A DNA stretch of 64,000 nucleotides from Malacoraja senta (taxonomy: Eukaryota): NCBI GenBank assembly GCA_038087875.1, contig JAXLNO010001394.1, positions 1 to 64,000 of the forward strand. Direction: 5' to 3'. Each line of letters opens with the position of its first letter. Positions within the stretch are counted from its first letter, which is position 1. The position numbers and the translations under genes are program-made. The notes below the pieces were generated by a model, which saw only the letters and a list, made by a program, of their open reading frames with translations, had not been told where the DNA came from and ran no database searches. Positions 50,781 through 60,180 of this stretch are shown here, piece after piece.

Positions 50781-50994
50781 GTACACGTGATCCAATCTGC
50801 ACCCCGACCCTCTCTTGAACATTTTCCTAAGCACTAGTGAAAATGTAGTCATCATTGTGATGTAGAAACCGCAGCCTGGATCATGGTGAGGACCATTCAT
50901 TCTTTCTTTGTCACGTGTTTCAGGGATAGATATTGATAGGAGATGAGGAACGCCCATTGCTGCTCCTTCAAATAATGGTTGCGTGGAGTTTTAC

Positions 50995-51240
50995 GTAACG
51001 TTATAGAGCTGCTGCCTCCATATTCCAATGAACCAGTTTAATAAACCCGATCTCCAGTGCTGACTGTGTGGAGTTGTCACGTTCTCCCTGTGACCGCGAG
51101 ATTTCTGACGGCTGCTCCGCTTCTCCCACATCCCAAAGACGTGCGGGTTGGTAGGGTAATAGCCCACTGCAGAAATTGCTGCGACTGAGAGATGAATGAG
51201 AGAATCTGGAGGGAGTTGGTGGGCATGTGAGTCGAACAAA
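50995..51240 (-). mobile_element. Degenerate V-SINE pieces
   Basis: tgtgtggagttgtcacgttctccctgtgacc core and SINE head fragments; orientation appears mixed. Confidence 0.5.
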
Positions 51241-51784
51241 TGGGATTGATGTGGGATTTAGAATCAATGAGTGCTCGATAGATTGTGTAGACCTGGAGGG
51301 CATAAGGTACTGTTCCAAGCTCTTTCACACCACGACCAAGACAATAAGAAGACCGCTGCCGATGCGCCACACTCTGTCCTGCTCCGGATCTTTGTTCAAT
51401 TTTTCTGGACTTGCCCATGAGACCGAGGGTTAACGGGTCGAGTTACGAGCTACGTGTTGCTGCAGATTGCCGTGTGGGAATTTCCATCCAATCAGAAAAT
51501 CATGGGATCACCCAACTCTCACTGAGGGCGTGGGTATTTTGCAGATGATTGCTTGAATCTGGCTGAGCCAGGTACGGGGATTTACCGAGATGAACTAGTT
51601 CAGTTAGACAGATGCTGGTTTAACCCGAAGATAGACACATTGAAAGACTTTGATAGACACATTGATAGACCCTTGAAAGGTCTCGACCCGAAACGTCACC
51701 CATTCCTTCTCTCCAGAGATACTGCCTGTCCCGCTGAGTTACTCCAGCTTTTTGTGTCTATCTTAGTTCAGTTAGTGACTGACA

Positions 51785-51820
51785 GGTGCCGGTGCCGGTG
51801 CCGGTGCCGGTGCCGGTGCC
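51785..51820 (+). repeat. (GGTGCC)6 microsatellite
   Basis: Six perfect copies ending 15 bp upstream of the J1 nonamer. Confidence 0.95.
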
Positions 51821-51835
51821 TGTGTTGGGGCGCGA

Positions 51836-51863
51836 TGTTCTTGACAGACGGTGTAACACCGTG
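51836..51863 (+). other. 12-bp spacer RSS of J1
   Basis: Nonamer TGTTCTTGA (6/9), 12 nt, heptamer CACCGTG 51857-51863. Confidence 0.85.
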
Positions 51864-51920
51864 CGACCACTGGTACATATAGAAAGATATTTGGCACTGG
51901 AACCAAACTCTTCGTCACAG
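51864..51920 (+). CDS. TRGJ: TRGJ segment J1: TTGTYRKIFGTGTKLFVT
   Basis: KIFGTGTKL motif and consensus donor G|GTGAGT at 51921. Confidence 0.95.
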
Positions 51921-52047
51921 GTGAGTCTTTGGACATGACCGGAACCCACTGGGACTCACGAGATCACCGGATTACTAGCGAGGATCGTTGGGCGAAAGGT
52001 TTGGGAGAGGGGAGGGAGGTTCGCCCGGTGCAGATTCAGGGCTGGGC

Positions 52048-52075
52048 GGTTATTGTACATGCACTGAACACCGTG
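52048..52075 (+). other. 12-bp spacer RSS of J2
   Basis: GGTTATTGT 52048-52056, 12 nt, CACCGTG 52069-52075. Confidence 0.92.
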
Positions 52076-52132
52076 CCACATCTGGTACATGGATAAAAAT
52101 ATTTGGCAGCGGGACTCGGCTCATCGTCACAG
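52076..52132 (+). CDS. TRGJ: TRGJ segment J2: TSGTWIKIFGSGTRLIVT
   Basis: WIKIFGSGTRL motif and donor G|GTAGGT at 52133. Confidence 0.96.
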
Positions 52133-52569
52133 GTAGGTCTGGGGTGGGGGACATCCAGTTGCAGGGGTAGACTGCAACTCTTCGAGAACTGTAGGGAAAG
52201 GTTGGAGGGAGGGTGGGAGAGGGTTGGGGGGTGGCAGCAGAGGGTACGTGGAGGGGGGCATGAAGAACAGAGTGCGGGAGGGCTTGCAGCAAGGGGTTGT
52301 GTGCTAGCTTTCCACAAGAGAAAACTCCGTGCCCCCGTCCGCAGACTTGTAAATCGGTTCCCGGGTGCTATATTGAAGCAATGGTTTTGGGGCGGAAAAG
52401 GGAGTCCGGGGCTTGGACCAGACTGACTGGCACCAATTTTACCTCCATCAATTTTAATCTCCTCACTGGGAATTTGGCGGTGCGAAAAGGATAGAAAAAA
52501 AACGGGCACCTTATAAATCTACCAAACTCCGAGGGAGTACACGACTCTGACCAGTCAAGTCGACTAAGG

Positions 52570-52845
52570 GGTAAGCCATTGAGAAGGGAGATGAGGAAAA
52601 ACGTTTTCACCCAGAGAGTTGTGAATCTGTGGAATTCGCCTCAGAAGACAGTGGAGGCCAATTCTCTGGTTGCTTTCAAGAGAGAGTTTAATAGATTTCT
52701 TAAAGATAGCGGAGTCGAGGGGTATCTGGAGAAGGCAGGAACTGGGTACTGATTGTGGATGATCAGCCGTGATCACAGTGAATGGCGGTGCTGGCTCGAA
52801 GGGCCGAATGGGCTACTCCTGCACCTATTGTCTATTGTCTATTCA
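52570..52845 (+). mobile_element. CR1 3' fragment in the J-C intron
   Basis: EMRKNVFTQRVVNLWNS-like sequence, 3' UTR and (attgtct)n tail. Confidence 0.85.
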
Positions 52846-55399
52846 CTAGCGTGCCTCTCGCTTACATTTATACACACGGCTCCTTTCATGAAAGGCCGGT
52901 GATTTTAAACAATCGGTGCCATTGAGAGATGCTTCCCTGCGGCGTGCCCCCTGTCATTTATTGTGAATCTTGTACGAAGCCAGGTTTGCTCGAGAAGATA
53001 GACACAAAGTGTTGGAGTAACTCAGCGGGTCAGGCAGCATCTCTGAAGAAAAGGAATAGTTGACGATTCGGGTCGGGACCCTTCATCAGACTCTGCTCGA
53101 GAAGAGCTTAACGGGAGTGGCCCGTGAGCATCTCCGCCAAAAACATTAAAAATACGATGCAGGAAATTAAAATAGAAAATTCAGTAGCATTCAGAATGTC
53201 AAACAGTAACTGTGGAAAGAGAAACAGGGTTAATGTTTGAAGATGCTTCTTCGAATTAAAAAGTTAACTGTTTCTCTAATCCGCCGTTTTGTGTTTTAAT
53301 GTCACAAAGCAGTCTGTGCACCATCAAGAATCAACCGGTTATGAAACGTCACAACTTGTTGCAGATGGTTATAGTAATCTGTAGTTTATTGATTCAGAAT
53401 ATCTGCAAAAGCTTGTTGTGTGGCTGCTGCTTGGATAGTATTTCTGGCCGCTGAATTCCACGGTGAGGCTGGGTTTTTGATAACGGCCCTGTAGTTGGAA
53501 GGGCACGCTACTGGTTGGTGCTAAGTGGCCGGGATAGCGAGGTGTAGTTCAGCTTTTGGCGGCGGTGGTCTTCCGCAGGTCTTCAGATCCAACACCTGTT
53601 GTAGAGATCACACCCCAAACGATTTAACACCAGCTTCAAACATAACCGCTGTCGAAGTTCGTTATTAATTTTCATTGAAAATGGCAGAAGATTTAACCGA
53701 CTTTCAAAATTGGGTTTCAGTGAGACTTTCTAGGCTCTTTGACGGCGAACAACTGGTGAATTGCGGATGTCGAATCTCTTGCGAATCCTTGTGATCGCGG
53801 AAAGTACTCGTTATGTTCCGTAGCAGCTTGTACACAAGGTAGCCGCGGGTATAATTTGACCAGATTATCAGTTTGAAGTCTGGGGTTGCAAACCCCAGAG
53901 AGATGATTGTGAGGAAAGGAAAAAAACCAGGACCCGGTCTTAAGGCGGAGGTTGAATCGGGATTTCCAGCAGAGTAGTTCGCCCGGTTCAGAAATTGATT
54001 CATTTACTTTTAGTGGAAAGTCCAGATTTGTTGCTACCCAAGATATTAACCCGTTAATTCGACCGAGTTATAGCTTCTGTGAACTGCAATGGCACTAGTT
54101 CTAAATTGAAAATGCCGGACAGTAAAGCTGTGGAGAAATGCCTCCCCAGGGATCCATGGAAATACGGGAATTTGGACTATATTGTGCTTGATAATATGAG
54201 GTAGGGGCGGTAATGGAACGGTATTTTTCAAATTGGAAGCCTTGGATTAGTGCCTGGACCTTTGTTTTTTTGGTGTATATGAATAGCGAGTTTGCCGCCG
54301 ACACCAAGGTCGATAGTGTTCTGAATGGTGAGGATTCTACTGTCATACAACGACATCCATCATTCATCAGATTTGCAAAGAAATGGCTAATGCAATTTAA
54401 TACTGGATGAAAAATGAAATAATATATTCTGGGACGATTAAGGCTAGGGCATACCCAACCATTGATGGGACCAGTGAATGTATTGAGGAATCGTAGGGTC
54501 TCCGTGCACATGTCTAGGGATCCCTATAACCAGCAACACGGGTTATTAAAGTAGTTAGGAAGACTACTTGCCTTCATCAGCCGGGGTATAGAATATAAAA
54601 GCAGAGAGATAATGATACGTGTATATAAAAGACTTGTTAAGACACCGCTGGAATATTTGTGCATATTTCGGTCGTCGCGCCATGGGAAGAACACGATTGG
54701 TCATGAAGGGTGCAGTGGAGATGTAGCTTGGGACGAAACGGTTGAGTTACAAGAGGAAAATGGAGAGGCTGGGTTCATTCCACTGGGAGTTGAGACAGAT
54801 GATGCGGCACCTGCTTGACGTACACAAAATGTGGTGGCACATTAGCCGCGTAGGTAAACCAGTGCCTACAATAGGAGTACATTTATTAAAAAATAAAGTG
54901 TTGAAGACGATATGAAGGAAAAAGTGTCACTCAAATGGTGGTTGAAATCTGGAATGCACACCCCGAGAAGGGTTCGTGGCGACAGGGCCTCTCGTTGTCA
55001 GGGAAGCTATTGGGTGAGCATTGAAAATGCGCGCCAAGTGCTGGAAAATCGGATTAGCATAGATATCTAATGGCGGTCAAATTCGCGGTACTCACAGATC
55101 CACTGTATGAATTTGAGGACAAGGACATTCAGCATGTCGGACAGGTGTTAAATCCCTTTCCACAGCCCTTTAAATCCACCCAATCTCCGGCGCTCCCAGA
55201 ATTGGAAGCACTTGTCTGTTTAATCTCAACATTGTTATAATTTTAAATAACCTCATTATGTTTATTCTTTGCAAAGTGCATCCCCTCAGATTTGTCGGTG
55301 TTAAATTTCTAACTGTTTTCTCCAATCTGCAGCCGCTGATTTTCAGTGCAAATATTGGAATTTATAATCACTTTAATGCAGAATATATTTTACAATTAG

Positions 55400-55717
55400 G
55401 TGAACCACCCAGGGCTCCGAAAATTCGTCTTTTCCCGCCGTCGGCCGCTGAGCTGCGCAAAAGTAGCAAGTCCGTTGTGGTCTGCCTGATGACCGACTTC
55501 TTCCCCGAGGTGATCAAGGTCGAGTGGAAAATCGGTGACAAGAAGCAGAACGAGAAAGTTCTGACGGATTCGGTGACGAAAATGGGGACAAATACTTATT
55601 CGCTGATTAGCCGACTCGTTGTCACCAAGCTGGAATGGGAGAACGACCCCATTTCTTGCCACGCGAAACATGAAATGGACGTTCCAGGATTATCGATTAC
55701 AAAGGATTCCAAATACG
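55400..55717 (+). CDS. TRGC: TRGC exon 1 (C1-set Ig domain)
   Basis: Acceptor acaattag|GT and 318 nt in phase 1/1. It reads PKIRLFPPS..VVVCLMTDFFPEVIKVEW..TYSLISRL..ISCHAKH, with donor G|GTACTG. Confidence 0.95.
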
Positions 55718-56372
55718 GTACTGTCCTGTCCTAGGCGCCGCGGCCAATGTGGCAGAATATTTGCAAATCCATTTAATTCCCCAGCTCTCCCAAATTTAAA
55801 TCTTAGACCAACCACTTCCAAGTGCAGTCCTTTACCCCCCCCCCCCAATAAGCAGCGATAATAACATTACATAGCTGCTCCCCAAATAACGCTCACGCTG
55901 GATCAATCGGAATTAAGTTTCCCGCCAGACTCGCTCCTTTCCCTCCGACCCTCTTTCCCCTTCGTACCTTCCGTCGGTCAGAACCCAATACTCACAACAT
56001 AATTCTGGTGGGGTTACACTCTTTTATTTCTAATTTTATATAACGATGACAATTACTTTCTATATAAATATATACCAATTGCATCTAACAAAAATACTCT
56101 TTTTGTTGTAACTACATCGCTTCTGATATCGCCGACACCAGATGCACGTTCCTGTTTCATGCTATATATGTGAATTTAGATCCAGATCCAGGATTCGGCC
56201 GGCGTCTAGTGTTACAAATGCACCGAGAAATACTCTCACAATTGAAATTCAGAGCGGAAATATGGCAACCTTTCACTGGAGAGTCATTTAATTTCGTAGT
56301 ATTCTCCCAATAGTAACAACGGCAGAATGGCCGGGGAAAAAGGGAGGAAACACAAAACCGTCTCACAAATAG

Positions 56373-57040
56373 GGAGGCACTCTGGCGCACCGGTGGAGTT
56401 GCTGCCTTACAGCGCCAGAAACGCGGGTTCGATCCTGACTAGGGGAGTTGTCTGCACCGAGTTTGTACGTCCTCCTTGTGGGCTTTCTCCGGGTGCTCCG
56501 GTTTCCTCTCACACTCCAAAGACGTACAGGTTTCTTGGTTAATTGGCTTCGGTACAAAATGTAAATTGCCCCTGGTGTATAGGATAATGTGATCGTTGGT
56601 CGGCGGGGACTCGGTGGGCCGAAAACTCCGATCAGCTGATAAGGTTATTGGCTGCAACCTTCCCTCCATTGACGAACTGTACACTGCAAGGGCCAGGAGG
56701 CGAGCGGATAAGATCATCTCTGACCCCTCTCACCCTGGCCACAAACTCTTTGAATCACTTCCCTCTGGCAGGCGACTCTGGACTGTCAAAACTGCCACAG
56801 CCAGACATAAAAAACAGTGTTGTTCCACGAGTAGTAGCTCTACTCAATAACCAAAAATCTGTAGCCTCCTTTTGCTCTGATATTTTATTTAATTCACATG
56901 TTTAATCGATAATGTTTTATTATTAATGTGTAATGTTTTATATGTCATTCCTAACTGTCACTGTATGTCATGTTGTCACTTGCGGGCGGACCACCAAGGT
57001 AAATTCCTCGTATATGAATACTTGGCCAATAAACTTATTC
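56373..57040 (+). mobile_element. V-SINE (56373-56628) joined directly to a Rex1/Babar-like 3' end (56629-57040)
   Basis: Box B GGTTCGATCC and V-core, then LPSIDELYTARARRRADKIISDPSHPGHKLFESLPSGRR, ending in AATAAA at 57028. Confidence 0.8.
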
Positions 57041-57508
57041 GAAGAGCCCATTTCTGCGGGGACGGGTTTTAAATATAATTCGTTTTAACTTTAAAGCGTA
57101 AATGCGAACATCCTCTTGGTTTTTGTGTTTGTGCGGGATTTCGCGTACATTGTGCATAATGTGCCTGGGCAGATGGTTATTATCGCACCTTTCTGCACTG
57201 GGAGGGCCTGGAGGGAACAGTTTAGAGACGGTCGGACTAGGAACGGGTAATTCTTCGGTGCTCCCACAAACATAATATCATAAGGTTATAAGTGATAGGA
57301 GCAGAATTAGGCCATTCGGCCCCTCAAGTCTACGCCATTCAATCATAGCTGATCTATCTCTTCCTTCAAACCCCATTCTTCTGCCTTCTCCCCATAAGCC
57401 TTGACATCAATTCCTGGCTGCTCGCTCGTTTCATTTCCTTATTCCCATCCAGCCCCGCGTTGCGGAATTTGTCGATTATTTCCAATGAATGTTTCTGTAT
57501 TTCTTTAG

Positions 57509-57595
57509 ACCCTTTAGGTGTTCCCATTGATGGTAACCCAGTAGGTCCCACCTGCCCGCCGAGCGTCCAGGAATTACAGGAGAACCCGGAAGAAG
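57509..57595 (+). CDS. TRGC: TRGC exon 2 (connecting peptide with interchain Cys)
   Basis: Polypyrimidine acceptor tttctgtatttctttag| and 87 nt in phase 1/1. It encodes DPLGVPIDGNPVGPTCPPSVQELQENPEE, with donor G|GTAATT. Confidence 0.85.
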
Positions 57596-59053
57596 GTAAT
57601 TCCTGTTTTAAATCAAACGATGGTCCGGCTCCTGGTCTGGTCAAATATCGTAACCTCTCAAATGGTGACACTACAGCTCAATAAATCTACCGATTGCCAG
57701 CACAGGGAAATAATCAACTCAATCTTTACCTTGTCACAGGACGGGGCGGTTCATGTAATGTCCTAAGAAAGAGCAACGTGACAATGAGGGCAAACGTCTC
57801 CAATCGGCTGACTCCCACTGTCATTTGAAGCGGCTTAGATAGATATCCAGCAATATCCATTTGTGGAAAGAAATGAAATAAATACCTGCTTATTGTAACA
57901 GGTTGCTCAGAAAATCAGTATTAGAATGGAACGGACACAAATAAACTGGAATGTATTTTGACATTTTAAAATAAAAATCCGCAGTGTAACACAGTTGAGG
58001 CAACGGTCAACACAGAAAGATACACAAGTTAAATGTAAGATCAAACTACCCAGTAATTGTTGAAGAAATGAAGAAAATGAAAACTGAAGGAAATAGTTAT
58101 ATTCCGTGCACGAACAAGAGCGAGGACGATGAAAAGGAATAGAAATAGATTAGCAAATATGGAGAGAGGGTCAATTGAAAAGGCAATTAGAAACGCCAAA
58201 ATTAAGTTAACGAGAAATGTAAAAGAAATAAAGAAGTTTGCAGACACATAAGAACGACCGAAGCTACCAAGACACTGTAGATATAGTCATTGGGTCAAGC
58301 CAGAAACAAGCCATTCTTTGGGTCACAGAAACAAGCCATAACCCCGTCGATCACTGCCAATAAGCGGCACATCTTCAAGGTTTCAATGTCAGTTTATTGT
58401 CACATGTACCAATTAAGGTACAGTGAAATTCGAATTACCATAAGGGGCACATCTTATGGAAATCACATAAGAAAATGAACACGTTTAAGAAATAAGTTAT
58501 TAAATAATGGATTGGGAGTCTGTTGGCTCGCGTGGATTATACCTGCGCATGTTAAAAGTTGGGGAAAGGATGGCAGACAAACCATTACATACATGTATCA
58601 TTAAAGGACATTTCTATTTTAAGACGTCCACGAAATTGTAATTTAAAAAAGCAACACGAACACGAGCATGAACTAGTTGGGTAGATTTTCCAGTTTATTT
58701 GCTGTATATAATACGTCCATATTCAGAAAACTCAACACCATCATTGAATATGAATGGTGACATTAATTTCGAGCATGCTTTCGCCTCTTGTACCAGCAAA
58801 GCAGGTAAACATCACATTCATTTCAACATTACATCCATCTTGAATAGAAAATATGCCAAATTGAGTCACTGATCATGGGAAGTTTACATTGTTGGAGACA
58901 TTTGCCCACGCTTTGGCTAATCTTATTTTTATAGTGGCGTTATCTGCGCCATCGCTTCGAAAAACACCAAAATATATCTGTAAATACTAAGAATCATAAT
59001 TTCTGCTAATAAACCGGAAGCTAACGATTTTTGCATTTTCCAATTTCACCTAG

Positions 59054-59187
59054 GAATATCAGTGAGGTCACTGCAGGTCGCGACATTGACGTATACCATT
59101 CTGTTGATGAAGAGTGTGTTATACTGCGGTATCATCTCGTGCATACTTTACAAGATGGAATACTGGGGCACGAAGAAGCCATTGTAA
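59054..59187 (+). CDS. TRGC: TRGC exon 3 (transmembrane and cytoplasmic tail, stop TAA 59185-59187)
   Basis: Acceptor ttttccaatttcacctag|. It encodes GISVRSLQVATLTYTILLMKSVLYCGIISCILYKMEYWGTKKPL*, with the TCR TM motif YxILLxKSxxY and a single basic residue (gamma/beta type). The ORF track shows only another frame here. Confidence 0.93.
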
Positions 59188-59537
59188 CTCGTATTTTGTA
59201 CATTTTGTACATTGTACATTTTGATAAATGTCTTCCATTTCATTGTAAGCTTCAGTCTATGTCTTCGTTGCATACAAAGGGATTGTACATCCTGTTGCAA
59301 AATATGTGTTGGCTTGTAAGAGGCTAATGAAGGCCACGTGTTGAAGCATACAGTATATCCAGGTGATTACAGAGCAAAATGCAGAGAACTAGCAGCGTTA
59401 ATCTAATGCCAGAGACTGTTGTGGGGGTGCCGGTTAGTTCTTCAAATCACTTTTATTGCTGATTCCTTTGCTAACATTAATTTGCCGCCTTTAAAACCCC
59501 CCATGTGATTCTGCATGTATCATTCTGTAAATTGGAC

Positions 59538-59628
59538 AATAAACGAGTTAGTAAGATTTACTTTAGCATATTTGAATGCTTTGCTCTGTGACCGGTGAGT
59601 TGTTTATTTCCGAAATAAAACAAATAAA
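59538..59628 (+). terminator. Distal polyadenylation signals of TRGC
   Basis: AATAAA at 59538, 59614 and 59623, 350-440 nt after the stop codon. Confidence 0.7.
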
Positions 59629-59889
59629 ATACAGGAAGCACCAATTATTACATTGGGAATTAGAAGCTAACTTGTAGGATATACCCATGAAAATAGACTA
59701 GGGAATCAGCAGGTGGAACACGTCAGGACACGTCTCTGATAATAGAGGCCCACGGCGTAAAGATGCATCACACCGACGCACTTTCGACAATGTAGCTCTC
59801 TGTTACCACTGATAAATGTGGAGCATGGTTATTCTGACTATAATCTCTGCCCCCCAACACCACCACCGGCAACCTTTCACTCGCCTGCT

Positions 59890-60180
59890 CATAAATAGTC
59901 TATCTATCTCGACCTGAAATTATTCCAAAGCTATGCTTCCACCGCCACCTCGAGAGAAATACAAATCCCCTCATCTCTGACTTAATGGGCGACCCGCCAT
60001 TTTTTAACCGGGGACACCTAGTTCTAGATTTTCCCAAGAGAGAAAATAACCTCTTTACATCCGCCTGGTTAAGGTCCCTCGGTTTCTTGTATATTTCAAT
60101 CAAGTCTTTGCTCACTCTTCTAAAATCCAGCGGATACCAGTAAACATTTTCTGAACTGCTTCGGACAACTTCCTCCAATT
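59890..60180 (-). mobile_element. CR1 3' fragment
   Basis: ORF 59900-60178(-) reads RRVSKDLIEIYK..RLFSLLGKSRTR. Confidence 0.75.

Noticed and set aside
51468-51535. Faint J-like sequence (agaaaatcatgggatcacccaactctcactg)
   Set aside because: There is no FGxG, no matching nonamer and no GT donor. At most it is an unrecognisable relic.
50722-51864. Possible D segments between V4 and the J cluster
   Set aside because: No short segment flanked by two RSSs was found. V-23/J-12 is directly compatible, as expected for TRG.
53247-53255. STAT5-like TTCTTCGAA in the J-C intron
   Set aside because: It is a single site, and a six-fixed-base motif is expected every few kb by chance.
53459-53582. CACGGTG, GGTTTTTGA and a TTT GGC GGC GGT (FGGG) in the J-C intron suggesting another J
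   Set aside because: The nonamer and heptamer are not 12 or 23 nt apart in the right order. FGGG is followed by GLPQ and a phase-0 GT, not TKLxV and a phase-1 donor.
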